Assembly: GCA_950097015.1 (NCBI GenBank)
Contig: CATNEN010000001.1
Location: forward strand, 7,502,001 to 7,566,000
Direction of reading: 5' to 3'
DNA: 64,000 nt
Source of the DNA: Macrostomum hystrix
Lineage: Eukaryota > Animalia > Platyhelminthes
Position 1 is the stretch's first letter; every line of letters starts with the position of its first letter. A model generated the notes under the pieces. The model did not search any database, was not told the DNA's origin, and saw only the letters and a list, made by a program, of their open reading frames with translations. The translations under genes and the position numbers were made by a program. Shown here piece after piece: positions 17,418 to 31,711 of this stretch.

Positions 17418-19741
17418 ATGTCTTTGGAACAGTCAGATGAGCTGGAGCAGCAAGGGCAGCAGCAACAGCAGCAGGAGGAGGTGGAGGTGAATCAATCCGC
17501 CAATGGCGTGAATGTTGAGTCAGCTACGCACCCTGGATCCAGTGAAGCTGCTCTCGAAGCTAACGGTGGCGAATCTTCCGCCGCAGTTGTCGAAGCTACT
17601 GAAGAATCAGCCGCAGATAATAACGATTGTCCGCAGTGCGAATTGCCCAACGATCCGCAGGGTCTGCACAACCATTTGAGTAATCTGCTCACACAGTCTG
17701 TGGCCGGCTCTCTGCTTGAATTCGACGCTATGAAACGGCATTGGCAAAATTTTGGTGCCAATTTGCCTGGTTTCATTGCAACGCCCTACTGTTCTCATTG
17801 TAAGCTGCATTTTCAGGTGAGCTGCAATTGTGTTGTTTCTTTTGTACATTTTTTGCTTGGATGGATCCAGAAAGACCAGGAATAAATGACGAAGTTTTCC
17901 AAAATCCTTGACTTCGATCCTAAAGTCTCCCAGATCCTCAAATTCCATCCGCCAATCTCCCAGATCCTCAAATTCGACTCGAAAATATCACAGATCCTAA
18001 AATTACATCCGCCAATCTCCCAGATCCTCAAATTCCTCTCGGAAGTATTCCAGATCCTCAAATTCCTCTCGAAAGTATCCCAGAACCTAAAATTTTACTC
18101 GAAAGTATCACAGATCCTCAAATTCCACTCGAAAGTATCACAGATCCTCAAATTCCACTCGAAAGTATCCCAGAGCCTAAAATTTTACTCGAAAGTATCA
18201 CAGATCCTCAAATTCCACTCGAAAGTATCACAGATCCTCAAATTCCACTCGAAAGTATCACAGATCCTCAAATTCCTCTCGAAAGTATCCCAGATCCTCA
18301 AATTCCACTCGAAAGTATCCCAGATCCTCAAATTCCACTCGAAAGTATCACAGATCCTCAAATTCCACTCGAAAGTATCCTAGATCCTCAAATTCCTCTC
18401 GAAAGTATCCCAGATCCTCAAATTCCACTCGAAAGTATCACAGATCCTCAAATTCCACTCGAAAGTATCCCAGATCCTCAAATTCCACTCGAAATTATCT
18501 GACATCCTGATTTTCACTCTAAATATCTCAGATCCTTAATTTCTATATAAAAATGTTTTCAAAATAATATCCAAAACCCTCTCAGATCCCACACCCGCAC
18601 ATTTGATCCCAATTCATCTATCTAATCCTGTACTTGTTTTCCTATCAAGGGCTTTCTTCGCTACGCAGCCCATTGTCGTGAAGCTATCGACGCCGCCGAA
18701 TCCGAGGATGCGGGCGCCGCCGAGTTCGCCAGCCAGCATCAAAGCCGCTTCAACAATCTCGTGACCTTCGTTTGCAACTTCACCGACGAAAGCGTGACGG
18801 CCGAGGATCAGAAGACCCTGGCTTCTAGCTTCCTCTGCCCGGCTGGTAAGCCCAACTACGACATGTTCCAGTTGAAGATTGACTTCGTCTTCACTAACAA
18901 AGAAGCCGGAGCTGGCGGCACCACGGTGGACACCGAACCGCCTGGCCAGCCGTTATTCGCCTGCCTCGTCTGCCAGCAGCCGTTTCGCAGTCTTCGCCGA
19001 CATCTAGACGACGCGCTCTGGGGCTGCAGCACGCCGATATTTCGCGGCCGGCACAATCAGATAGCGGAGTCTAGAATTGCTCATCTGCACGCCTGGCTTG
19101 GCCCTGAGTCTATGCAGCGCCTGCTGAATGTCTTCGGCAGCGGCGTCGGCGGCAGCGGCGGAGGCGGTGGCGGAGACGAATCCAACGACGCCTCCACCGA
19201 GCATTCAGCAGCAGCCATCGGAGCCAATGTGAAGACGCCCCATTGTCCAGTGTGCGGCTGTCATTTCTCCCAGCCTGTGTCCGGTTCAATTGGCGGCGGC
19301 GGCGGTGGCTGCAACCGTCTGCTGCTGCATCTGCAACACGATATCGATACGCCCGGCCATCGAGAGTTGGCCGACCAGCTGCGCGATCGGCTACTCGCAT
19401 CGGATGGCCCGTTGCAGCTGACTTCAACTAGCGAGGATACCGACGCCAGCGCGCTGATTGACTGGATTGGCGAGCACTTTGCCTGCCCCCACGGCGGCTT
19501 CGATTCCAACAATGGCATCGTTGAACAGCTGCGCGCGTCGTTAGATCGACGACGCGTTGAAGTCGCCGCCGGCGCCGGCGCCAACTCGTCCAGTGGGGCC
19601 GCAATCGGGGCCGGAGTTGGTGGCCCCGGCGCTAAGCGTCCGTTTCCAGGCGGCCCCGGTGTTGGACGCAAAGTGGCTCGAATGTCTCGAGGCGGCGGTT
19701 ATCCCTATCAGCAGAGCTGGGGCGGTTATCGTCGCTATTGA
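17418..19741 (+). CDS. Host two-exon zinc-finger protein (exons 17418-17816 and 18650-19741; ~496 aa)
   Basis: Donor CAG|GTGAGC and acceptor AAG|G join in phase 0, rebuilding CSHCKLHFQ|GFLRYAAHC. Further CxxC...H motifs and a C-terminal basic/RGGGYPY tail. Confidence 0.8.
17895..18535. repeat. 30-bp intronic minisatellite
   Basis: CAGATCCTCAAATTCCACTCGAAAGTATC(A/C) repeated about 20 times. Confidence 0.95.
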
Positions 19742-20069
19742 CGCACTAAATAGACGCAATGGCCCCTGGAACATTGTTGCTTTTTTGATAATCGTGGATT
19801 TCTACATTTCTTTGCTAGTTTTGTAAACATTTGCTTAGTCTAATTCAATCTGTGTGTGTATTTTATTCGCACCCGAGATTCTGATCGTGGATGGATAATC
19901 TTTTGAGATCAATTGTTAGCTAGTCAGCTCTACTAATAAGCTATTTATTATTAGTAGTTGAAAACCCCTTAATCGGGATAATTATACTATAATCCTATTC
20001 GTTCCCTAATTTCGGACATATAGAATTCTAATTAATATAAGCAGTTTTCGAATATCGATTAGGATATCT

Positions 20070-20595
20070 TCTAATCAGGATTGGTAATATTCAAAGCAGG
20101 ATTGGTAATATTCGAATCAGGATTGGTAATATTCGAATCAGGATTGTTAATACTCGAATCAGGATTGGTAATATTCTAATTAGGATTGATAATATTCGAA
20201 TCAGGATTGTTAATATTCGAATCAGGATTGGTAATATTCGAATCAGGATTGGTAATATTCGAATCAGGATTGTTAATACTCGAATCAGGATTGGTAATAT
20301 TCGAATCAGGATTGTTAATATTCGAATCAGGATTGTTAATTTTCGAATCAGGATTGTTAATATTCGAATCAGGATTGTTAATATTCGAATCAGGATTGTT
20401 AATATTCGAATCAGGATTGTTAATATTCGAATCAGGATTGGTAATACTCGAATCAGGATTGTTAATATTCGAATCAGGATTGTTAATATTCGAATCAGGA
20501 TTGGTAATATTCGAATCAGGATTGGTAATATTCGAATTAAGATAGGTAATATTCTAATCTGGATAGATAATTTTCTAATCATGATTGGTAATCTT
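20070..20595. repeat. 21-bp minisatellite
   Basis: GAATCAGGATTG(G/T)TAATATTC repeats. Confidence 0.95.
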
Positions 20596-22286
20596 GAAAC
20601 AAAAAGGAAGATTATCAACCCTATATCTTCGTTTCCCAAAATTTGCAATCCAGATCTAAGGATTGTTCAACTCATTTGACAAAAAAGAGTCTGCAACTGC
20701 TTTCGTTGTTTATTAGTCTGCTCCAACATGCAATTTCCCTTGTTATTGTTTACTCATTGTGGCACCAGTCGCTGCTGTTGTCTTACTAGAATGTGCGTCA
20801 CAGTCACATTTTGTTCTTTTCTTTATTGGATTTTAACTAGTGGGTAAGATTTTTAATTCAAAATTCGTTGCTAATAATGTCAGGCTAATCTATTTGAAAT
20901 ATAATTGCTTATTGTGTGTTATCTTGTACCTTGCACTTTTGTTATTATGTCTTTTTGTCTTTTGTTTCGCTTAATTAGCAAATTTTAACAAGAAAAACTA
21001 CATAATAGTCTTGTACTCGTAATTTTCGCTGATTGCAGCTCCTACTATTAGCAAATGCAAAAGTACAATGTTCTTTTTGAAAATGTAATGAAAGCTACTA
21101 GCAGACAATACAACTGCTGTTGTTTAAGTACAACTAAGTACTTTGAATTAGTTCAATTACTAATCCAAAAAAGTTATTGATTTCAATCCGTTAGATTTTT
21201 GTAAGAAAACGTTAATCAAATACGAAGTAGCACCAAGGAGGGGGAATTCCCCAGCGAGTTATTCAATGGTTCTGGCTGAAGGGCAGATTTTCCCATAAGC
21301 GCTAGTGTATTTCATACACGAATTAGCACTGCGCCTCATTGCGGCCTTGCCAGGCCTTCAAAGTTTATCAGCATGTCACCCGAATGTGCCTGCATCATTC
21401 CCGTCTTCGGTGGTCACCTACCTTCATCTAGACGGATTTGCTGGACCTTCAAGGGCTAGATCTGGTGAAACTAGGCCACTATGGACACCCTGACGCGAAT
21501 TTCTCCAATTTCACTGATCAAGCCGAAATATTAGGCGCAGCTCAACCACAGGACACCCTCGCCTAGTCTGTCAACCAACCAGTCACCACTCAACGCTGTT
21601 AGCATTCAGCGCTGCCAAAACATTTTCAGGGGGTAGAAATTCTCCCTTGGTATAAAAACGTGCGGCAAAATGGCTTGGTAGTCCTGCTGTTAAATATTTC
21701 ACACAAGCGAACCAAATACACCTTTACAATAAGGAATTGCGTGTTTATTTTTTATTTCAGCCACAAAAATACAAGCAATTAAAAAACATTTACAACAACA
21801 AATATAATCATGTGTTAAAAAATATGCTCAATAAAGCGTTGTGCATTTTAGGTGAGTGATCTATTGATCCGTTGCTATGGTAACCATATGAAATTTACAT
21901 TTTAAAACAGTTTATACACATGATCGTGTACGGATTTTATTAAGAGACATTAACAAAATATTTGCCCTAAATTATTGTGCAATCTGCCAATGATGCAATA
22001 TAAGTTTTTTGTTTCTTAGGAAATCGATGTGAAACAAAATAATTCCTTTTCCCTTCTGGGCCTAAGATACAATTCTTGATATTCAAATTGAATTATGATG
22101 GGGTGCAAAAAAGTTGAACAACGCAATGACTAAAATTTTATCATCCGGTTCGATTGCTTGCGTGAAACAAGACGTCAATCGTTGTACTGGTTTTTGACGT
22201 TGATATTTGTTGACCTTTCTGTCTTCTCTCCATCTCTGCGGGTTTGAGTTAGATGAGAATGAGGTTGTAGGAACTAAATGGTGGTA

Positions 22287-23380
22287 GTGTCTAACAGTTC
22301 TTCAACACCATCACTATAGCGTGGAACAAGTGTGTCTAACAGCTCTTTAACACCATCACTGTAACATGGAACAGCTGTGTCTAACAGTTCTTCAACACCA
22401 TCACTGTTACATGGAACAGCTGTGTCTAACAGTTCTTCAACACCATCACTGTAACATAGAACAGCTGTGTCTAACTGTTCTTCAACACCACCACTGTAAC
22501 ATGGAACAGCTGTGTCTAACAGTTCTACAACACCACCACTGTAACATGGAACAGCTGTGTCTAACAGTTCTTCAACACCACCACTGTAACATGGAACAGC
22601 TGTGTCTAACAGTTCTTCAACACCACCACTGTAACAAGGAACAGCTGTGTCTAACTGTTCTACAACACCACCACTGTAACAAGGAACAGTTGTGTCTAAC
22701 AGTTCTTCAACACCACCACTGTAACATGGAACAGCTGTGTCTAACAGTTCTACAACACCACCACTGTAACAAGGAACAGTTGTGTCTAACAGTTCTTCAA
22801 CACCATCACTGTAACAAGGAACAGCTGTGTCTAACTGTTCTTCAACACCACCACTGTAACATGGAACAGCTGTGTCTAACAGTTCTTCAACACCACCACT
22901 GTAACATGGAACAGCTGTGTCTAACAGTTCTTCAACACCACCACTGTAACAAGGAACAGCTGTGTCTAACTGTTCTACAACACCACCACTGTAACATGGA
23001 ACAGCTGTGTCTAACAGTTCTTCAACACCACCACTGTAACAAGGAACAGCTGTGTCTAACTGTTCTACAACACCACCACTGTAACAAGGAACAGTTGTGT
23101 CTAACAGTTCTTCAACACCACCACTGTAACATGGAACAGCTGTGTCTAACAGTTCTTCAACACCACCACTGTAACAAGGAACAGCTGTGTCTAACTGTTC
23201 TACAACACCACCACTGTAACAAGGAACAGTTGTGTCTAACAGTTCTTCAACACCACCACTGTAACATGGAACAGCTGTGTCTAACTGTTCTACAACACCA
23301 CCACTGTAACAGAACCGAGTTGTATCTAACAGTTCTTCAACACCATCACTGTAACATGGAACAAGTGTGTCTAACAGTTC
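22287..23380. repeat. 45-bp minisatellite
   Basis: TGTGTCTAACAGTTCTTCAACACCACCACTGTAACATGGAACAGC repeated about 24 times. Confidence 0.96.
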
Positions 23381-23785
23381 GCTGGCAATTGTTTTATGTG
23401 GTGGTGTCGTTTTGCATGATAAAATTTTATTTTCTTCTTGATGTCGAATGTGAAAAAATCGCATTTCTTTAAAGCACAGATTGTTTGCCTAATAGACTTT
23501 AAACAGAAAATAGCTCTGCGTTGCAGGAATATCTACAAAAACTTATTTTAATCCCACCAGTGATTAATCTCTCCTTCTGATTTATCCTCTAGCAAGAACG
23601 GGTGCTTATCCCTTTTCGATTAAGCATTTTTTATTAACGACGTCCTTCAATTTCGATTTTAATCCAGGCTTTAAGACCTTTTAATCTTACGAGTACTTTG
23701 CACGTTAGCTGCAATTTTGATTTAACTAGAGGACCTTCCTGCTTTCCGTTTAGTTAAAAAAAGTGATTGACGCAAGCAAGCGAAA

Positions 23786-24708
23786 TCTCATCCTGTCTAA
23801 CAGTTTCTCATCCTGTCTAACAGTTTCTGATCCTGTCTAACAGTTTCTCATTCTGTGATTCAATCTAACAGTTTCTCATCCTGTCTAACAGTTTCTCATC
23901 CTGTCTAACAGTTTCTGATCCTGTCTAACAGTTTTTTCATTCTGTGATTCAGTCTAACAGTTTCTCATCCTGTCTAACAGTTTCTCATTCTGTCTAACAG
24001 TTTCTCATCCTTTCTAACAGTTTCTCATCCTGTCTGACAGTTTCTCATCCTGTCTAACAGTTTCTCATTCTGTCTAACAGTTTCTCATCCTTTCTAACAG
24101 TTTCTCATCCTGTCTAACAGTTTCTCATTCTGTCTAACAGTTTCTCATCCTGTCTAACAGTTTCTCATCCTGTCTAACAGTTTCTCATCCTGTCTAACAG
24201 TTTCTCATCCAGTCTGACAGTTTCTCATCCTGTCTAACAGTTTCTCATCCTGTCTAACAGTCTCTCATCCTGTCTAACAGTTTCTCATCCTGTCTAACAG
24301 TTTCTCATCCAGTCTAACAGTTTCTCATCCTGTCTAACAGTTTCTCATCCCGTCTAACATTTTCTCATTCTGTGATTCAGTCTAACAGTTTCTCATCCTG
24401 TCTAACAGTTTCTCATCCTGTCTAACAGTTTCTCATTCTGTGATTCAGTCTAACAGTCTCTCATCCTGTCTAACAGTTTCTCATTCTGTGATTCAGTCTA
24501 ACAGTCTCTCATCCTGTCTAACAGTTTCTCATTCTGTGATTCAGTCTAACAGTCTCTCATCCTGTCTAACAGTTTCTCATTCTGTGATTCAGTCTAACAG
24601 TCTCTCATCCTGTCTAACAGTTTCTCATCCAGTCTAACAGTTTCTGATCCTGTCTAATAGTCTCTCATCCTGTCTTACAGTTTCTCATTCTGTGATTCAG
24701 TCAACAGT
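23786..24708. repeat. 20-bp minisatellite with 48-bp higher-order units
   Basis: TGTCTAACAGTTTCTCATCC repeats, with interspersed TGTGATTCAG variants. Confidence 0.95.
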
Positions 24709-24742
24709 TCTAGCGGGAGAAACAAACGATCTGTTTGCTCAC

Positions 24743-26969
24743 CGGCTAAGAAGATGATCGCTCCTGAAGTGAGCAGAATGAAGCTTGCGAACACAATCCA
24801 TGCCAGGAATTTTGTGTGGTCAACTTGCACCTTGACTCGGCGCGAGTACAGGACGCCTTCGAAACGTCCGCCGCGGCCGAACGGATGAAGGTCGCGGTCC
24901 TCCTGCTCACGCAGCATCTCCATAGCAACGGCTGAGAACCTGTTAGAGTGTGGAGGGTCGGTCATCAGTTATCTAATATGCTATTGCCTCCTGTACCTGA
25001 CCAGTGTCTAACATGTTCTAGGTCAGTGTCTAACATGTTCTAGGTCAATGTCTAACATGTTCTAGGTCAGTGTCTTTCATGTTCTAGATCAGTGTCTAAC
25101 ATGTTCTAGGTCCGTGTCTAACATGTTCTAGGTCAGTGTCTAACATGTTCTAGGTCAATGTCTAACATGTTCTAGGTCCGTGTCTAACATGTTCTAGGTC
25201 AGTGTCTAACACGTTCTAGGTCAGTGTCTAACATGTTCTAGGTCAATGTCTAACATGTTCTAGGTCCGTGTCTAACATGTTCTAGGTCAGTGTCTAACAC
25301 GTTCTAGGTCAGTGTCTTACATGTTCTAGGTCAGTGTCTTACATGTTCTAGGTCAGTGTCTTACATGCTCTAGGTCAGTGTCTAACATGTTCTAGGTCAG
25401 TGTCTAACATGTTCTAGGTCAGTGTCTTACATGTTCTAGGTCAGTGTCTAACATGTTCTAGGTCAGTGTCTAACATGTTCTAGTTCAGTGTCTAACATGT
25501 TCTAGGTCCGTGTCTAACATGTTCTAGGTCAGTGTCTAACATGTTCTAGGTCAGTGTCTAACATGTTCTAGGTCAGTGTCTAACATGTTCTAGGTCCGTG
25601 TCTAACATGTTCTAGGTCAGTGTCTAACATGTTCTAGGTCCGTGTCTAACATGTTCTAGGTCAGTGTCTAACATGTTCTAGGTCAGTGTCTAACATGTTC
25701 TAGGTCAGTGTCTAACATGTTCTAGGTCAGTGTCTAACATGTTCTAGGTCAGTGTCTAACATGTTCTAGGTCAGTGTCTAACATTTTCTAGGTCCGTGTC
25801 TAACATGTTCTAGGTCAGTGTCTAACATGTTCTAGGTCAGTGTCTAACATTTTCTAGGTCAGTGTCTAACATGTTCTAGGTCAGTGTCTAACATGTTCTA
25901 GGTCAGTGTCTAACATGTTCTAGGTCAATGTCTAACATGTTCTAGGTCAGTGTCTTACATTTTCTAGGTCAATGTCTAACATGTTCTAGGTCAGTGTCTA
26001 ACATGTTCTAGGTCAGTGTCTAACATGTTCTAGGTCCGTGTCTAACATGTTCTAGGTCAATGTCTAACATGATCTAGGTCAGTGTCTAACATGTTCTAGG
26101 TCAGTGTCTAACATGTTCTAGGTCCGTGTCTAACATGTTCTAGGTCAGTGTCTAACATGTTCTAGGTCCGTGTCTAACATGTTCTAGGTCAGTGTCTAAC
26201 ATGTTCTAGGTCAGTGTCTAACATGTTCTAGGTCAGTGTCTAACACGTTCTAGGTCAGTGTCTAACATGTTCTAGGTCAGTGTCTAACATGTTCTAGGTC
26301 CGTGTCTAACATGTTCTAGGTCAGTGTCTAACATGTTCTAGGTCAGTGTCTAACATGTTCTAGGTCAGTGTCTAACATGTTCTAGGTCCGTGTCTAACAT
26401 GTTCTAGGTCAGTGTCTAACATGTTCTAGGTCAGTGTCTAACATTTTCTAGGTCAGTGTCTAACATGTTCTAGGTCAGTGTCTAACATGTTCTAGGTCAG
26501 TGTCTAACATGTTCTAGGTCAATGTCTAACATGTTCTAGGTCAGTGTCTTACATTTTCTAGGTCAATGTCTAACATGTTCTAGGTCAGTGTCTAACATGT
26601 TCTAGGTCAGTGTCTAACATGTTCTAGGTCCGTGTCTAACATGTTCTAGGTCAATGTCTAACATGATCTAGGTCAGTGTCTAACATGTTCTAGGTCAGTG
26701 TCTAACATGTTCTAGGTCCGTGTCTAACATGTTCTAGGTCAGTGTCTAACATGTTCTAGGTCCGTGTCTAACATGTTCTAGGTCAGTGTCTAACACGTTG
26801 CCTACACAAATGTCGCAAACTGAATCAGCTAGCCTTAGCGCTACTGATCAAACCTGTCCTGCAACGGATGACGTCTTTGCGGCGGAGAAGACGATGAGCA
26901 GTGTGGTACTAGCGGCTCGCTGAGCTCATAGTTGGCAGAATTCTCTGCGGTTTTCTTTGCTGTCAACAT
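24743..26969 (-). CDS. Two exons (26854-26969 and 24743-24939) of a small single-pass membrane protein; terminal exon uncertain
   Basis: MLTAKK...HPLQD-R|FSAVAMEM... joins in phase 2 through GT/AG. Hydrophobic FLAWIVFASFILLTSGAIIFLA precedes a GTGAGC donor. Confidence 0.55.
25003..26797. repeat. 22-bp minisatellite filling an intron
   Basis: GTGTCTAACATGTTCTAGGTCA repeated about 80 times. Confidence 0.97.
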
Positions 26970-27649
26970 TTCTAAACTTCTGGCTGACTATGAATTCTAG
27001 CTTGAGATCTTGGAAGCTGTCATTGACAGACTGATAAATTGAAATTAATTAAATCTGGTCTGTTCAGGGAGGCCCTATTGACAGTAGCTGTGCGTACTAT
27101 CTGGTCTGTTTAAATAATTGCCTTTCACTTGCAGATGAAGGCTTGCTGAGCACAGAACAGAAGGTCTCTGCTTTCTTTTATGAAAAAGCGACTTTGCAAT
27201 AAAGACAAATTTCTCAGAGCAAAAAAAACACTAACGAACGACTAAGGAAGAATTGAGCATAGTCTCAAGTTACCCCCCAACCCCAATCCCAAGGCCAGGA
27301 GGGCGAAATGAATTACTCCCTTGCCCGGACCAATCTCCAATATGGATCCCGTCTCCCTTCTACACCGCACTACAGCCAGTCACTGCTCCTGAGCAAAATA
27401 TCTAACTGAGCTTTAAGCTGGGGTGCCAAACAAAATACACACACCGGGACTTACTTTGCCCAAAATACACAACCTACGCGACTGAGTGCATTTGTCCATT
27501 CCTGTGTACTGACATTTTTTAAACACTATTTTTTTTTTGAATAAAACATGCGACCTATTCCAGAGCCTTAATAGACTTAATACTTTGTGTTTAAAAACAT
27601 TGGTTAAATGTTTACTGTGAGGTAATATATTATTGATACTAATTTACTA

Positions 27650-27850
27650 AACCTGTCCCTATCGGGTCAGGTGAATTGCCGACAGCACAGCCGCAGCTTT
27701 TGCGCGGCGCAGCTGAAGGCTGCAGCGTACGGCTGTTCAGTCCATGGACTGGGGGGACGCCACACCCACCCTCAGTTACCCCAGCTGATGCTGGTACCCA
27801 TTTAGCATTCAACTGAGTGAATTGAAGCAATGCAGAGTTGAGTGTCTTGT
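27650..27850 (-). mobile_element. SINE fragment with a Nin/Deu-like conserved domain
   Basis: GCTGGTACCCATTTA...CTGAGTGAATTGAAGCAATG...GTGTCTTG pattern. Related sequence at ~48600-48720 and ~45620-45790. Confidence 0.45.
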
Positions 27851-27854
27851 AAAA

Positions 27855-29183
27855 ATTCACGGAAAGGGTCACATTCACGGAAATGGTTGCATTCACGGAA
27901 AGGGTTGCATTCACGGAAATGGTTACATTCACGGAAACGGTCACATTCACGGAAATGGTCACATTCACGGAAATGGTTGCATTCACGGAAATGGTCACAT
28001 TCACGGAAATGGTCACATTCATGGAAATTGTGGCATTCACGGAAATTGTGGCATTCAGAGAAATGGTTGCATTCACGGAAATGGTTGCATTCACGGAAAT
28101 GGTGGCATTCACGGAAATGGTCACATTCACGGAAATGGTCACATTCACGGAAATGGTTGCATTCACGGAAATGGTCACATTCACGGAAATGGTCACATTC
28201 ACGGAAATTGTGGCATTCACGGAAATTGTGGCATTCAGAGAAATGGTTGCATTCACGGAAATGGTCACATTCACGGAAATGGTTGCATTCACGGAAATGG
28301 TGGCATTCACGGAAATGGTTGCATTCACGGAAATGGTCACATTCACGGAAATGGTCACATTCACGGAAATGGTCACATTCAGAGAAATGGTGGCATTCAG
28401 AGAAATGGTCACATTCAGAGAAATGGTGGCATTCAGAGAAATGGTCACATTCACGGAAATGGTCACATTCACGGAAATGGTCACATTCACGGAAATTGTG
28501 GCATTCACGGAAATTGTGGCATTCAGAGAAATGGTTGCATTCACGGAAATGGTCACATTCACGGAAATGGTCACATTCACGGAAATGGTTGCATTCACGG
28601 AAATTGTGGCATTCACGGAAATGGTTGCATTCACGGAAATGGTCACATTCACGGAAATGGTCACATTCACGGAAATGGTCACATTCACGGAAATGGTCAC
28701 ATTCAGAGAAATGGTGGCATTCAGAGAAATGGTCACATTCACGGAAATGGTCACATTCAGAGAAATGGTCACATTCACGGAAATTGTGGCATTCAGAGAA
28801 ATGGTCACATTCACGGAAATGGTCACATTCAGAGAAATGGTCACATTCACGGAAATGGTCACATTCAGAGAAATGGTCACATTCACGGAAATGGTCACAT
28901 TCAGAGAAATGGTCACATTCACGGAAATTGTGGCATTCAGAGAAATGGTTGCATTCAGAGAAATGGTCACATTCACGGAAATTGTGGCATTCACGGAAAT
29001 TGTGGCATTCAGAGAAATGGTCACATTCACGGAAATGGTCACATTCAGAGAAATGGTCACATTCACGGAAATGGTCACATTCAGAGAAATGGTCACATTC
29101 ACGGAAATTGTGGCATTCAGAGAAATGGTTGCATTCAGAGAAATGGTCACATTCACGGAAATTGTGGCATTCAGAGAAATGGT
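27855..29183. repeat. 18-bp minisatellite
   Basis: TTCACGGAAATGGTCACA and variants. Confidence 0.97.
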
Positions 29184-29702
29184 AGGTCGAATTCAAAGAG
29201 TTTTTTATTTCTATGTAAATGTCAGTTTTGCTATTTTTTTCAAAAATGAAATACACTATGCCAACTCGCTACTAGCAGTAACGAGATATATTTTAACAGT
29301 TTTTTTTCATATTCTAGTTAGGCTAGCAGCTTTAAACATATACTAAAATATATTCCCGTATATATATTTTCACTTCAACCGAACTGAATAGGTATTCTAG
29401 GAGTTCTGCCTCAGTAATATATCATGCAAATGCTCTCCGAGGCGTGTATTCCTAGAAATGAGAATTTTCCCCAGTACGTGAGCTTGACCGCATTGCCCCG
29501 TCTAGATTGAAAAATTGCCAATTTACGACTTGAAATGAAACACGAAATGCTAATTTTGTTCTGTGTCTCTGGCAGAGAAATTGTTTCAAGAAAATATATT
29601 CTATGAAACTTTGCTGGACTTTAAGAGGATAATCGTATTGAAGCTGGTTAGCTTAAGACAGCCGCGCTGTTTTAAACCGCCATTTCAACAGTGTTTAGTC
29701 AC

Positions 29703-30592
29703 TTAAACTAGAGTGGCACCATTTTAAACTAGAGTGGCACCATTTTAAACTAGAGTGGCACCATTTTAAACAGAGTGGCACCATTTTAAACAGAGTGGCA
29801 CCATTTTAAACTAGAGTGGCACCATTTTAAACAGAGTGGCACCATTTTAAACAGAGTGGCACCATTTTAAACTAGAGTGGCACCATTTTAAACAGAGTGG
29901 CACTATTTTAAACAGAGTGGCACCATTTTAAACTAGAGTGGCACCATTTTAAACTAGAGTGGCACCATTTTAAACTAGAGTGGCACCATTTTAAACAGAG
30001 TGGCACTATTTTAAACAGAGTGGCACCATTTTAAACTAGAGTGGCACTGTTTTAAACAGAGTGGCACAATTTTAAACAGAGTGGCACCATTTTAAACAGA
30101 GTGGCACCATTTTAAACAGAGTGGCACTGTTTTAAACAGAGTGGCACCATTTTAAACAGAGTGGCACTATTTTAAACAGAGTGGCACCATTTTAAACAGA
30201 GTGGCACTGTTTTAAACAGAGTGGCACCATTTTAAACAGAGTGGCACTATTTTAAACAGAGTGGCACCATTTTAAACAGAGTGGCACCATTTTAAACAGA
30301 GTGGCACTGTTTTAAACAGAGTGGCACCATTTTAAACAGAGTGGCACTGTTTTAAACAGAGTGGCACCATTTTAAACAGAGTGGCACTATTTTAAACAGA
30401 GTGGCACCATTTTAAACAGAGTGGCACCATTTTAAACAGAGTGGCACTGTTTTAAACAGAGTGGCACCATTTTAAACAGAGTGGCACTATTTTAAACAGA
30501 GTGGCACCATTTTAAACAGAGTGGCACCATTTTAAACAGAGTGGCACTGTTTTAAACAGAGTGGCACCATTTTAAAAAGAGTGGTGCCGTTT
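29703..30592. repeat. 20/21-bp minisatellite
   Basis: TTTAAAC(T)AGAGTGGCACCAT repeats. Confidence 0.96.
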
Positions 30593-30596
30593 TCAA

Positions 30597-31703
30597 AAGG
30601 ATGAGCGCCGAATCGCAGAGGATGAGCGCCAAATCAAAAGAGGATGAGCGCTAAATCAAAGAGGATGAACGCCGAATCGCAGAGGATGAGCGCCAAATCA
30701 AAAGTGGATGAGCGCTAAATCAAAGAGGATGAGCGCTAAATCAAAGAGGATGAACGCCGAATCGCAGAGGATGAGCGCCAAATCAAAAGTGGATGAGCGC
30801 TAAATCAAAGAGGATGAGCGCTAAATCAAAGAGGATGAGCGCTAAATCAAAGAGGATGAGCGCTAAATCAAAGAGGATGAACGCTAAATCAAAGAGGATG
30901 AGCGCTAAATCAAAGAGGATGAGCGCTAAATCAAAGAGGATGAGCGCTAAATCAAAGAGGATGAGCGCTAAATCAAAGAGGATGAGCGCTAAATCAAAGA
31001 GGATGAGCGCTAAATCAAAGAGGATGAGCGCTAAATCAAAGAGGATGAGCGCCAAATCAAAGAGGATGAGCGCCAAATCAAAAGAGGATGAGCGCTAAAT
31101 CAAAGAGGATGAACGCCGAATCGCAGAGGATGAGCGCCAAATCAAAAGTGGATGAGCGCTAAATCAAAGAGGATGAGCGCTAAATCAAAGAGGATGAGCG
31201 CTAAATCAAAGAGGATGAGCGCTAAATCAAAGAGGATGAACGCTAAATCAAAGAGGATGAGCGCTAAATCAAAGAGGATGAGCGCTAAATCAAAGAGGAT
31301 GAGCGCCAAATCAAAGAGGATGAGCGCTAAATCAAAGAGGATGAGCGCTAAATCAAAGAGGATGAACGCTAAATCAAAGAGGATGAGCGCTAAATCAAAG
31401 AGGATGAGCGCTAAATCAAAGAGGATGAGCGCTAAATCAAAGAGGATGAGCGCTAAATCAAAGAGGATGAGCGCCAAATCAAAGAGGATGAGCGCTAAAT
31501 CAAAGAGGATGAGCGCTAAATCAAAGAGGATGAGCGCTAAATCAAAGAGGATGAGCGCTAAATCAAAGAGGATGAGCGCCAAATCAAAGAGGATGAGCGC
31601 TAAATCAAAGAGGATGAGCGCTAAATCAAAGAGGATGAGCGCTAAATCAAAGAGGATGAGCGCTAAATCAAAGAGGATGAGCGCTAAATCAAAGAGGATG
31701 AGC
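30597..31703. repeat. 21-bp minisatellite
   Basis: GAGGATGAGCGCTAAATCAAA repeats, directly abutting the previous array. Confidence 0.96.
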
Positions 31704-31711
31704 CAGCTCAC

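Noticed and set aside
17886-20648. SKVSQILKFH and ILIRILP repeat ORFs
   Set aside because: 30-bp intronic and 21-bp intergenic minisatellites.
21231-21652. Possible MITE bounded by ACCAAGG..AATT / AATT..CCTTGGT
   Set aside because: Inverted ends are short and imperfect, and there is no second copy in the window.
22274-23472. 396-aa and 368-aa repeat ORFs on opposite strands; CRISPR-like periodicity
   Set aside because: A 45-bp minisatellite with no unique spacers and no cas genes.
27639-29346. Five overlapping 450-500-aa ORFs (NVTIS, ECDHFR, HGNG repeats)
   Set aside because: By-products of an 18-bp stop-free minisatellite open in most frames; no unique coding flanks.
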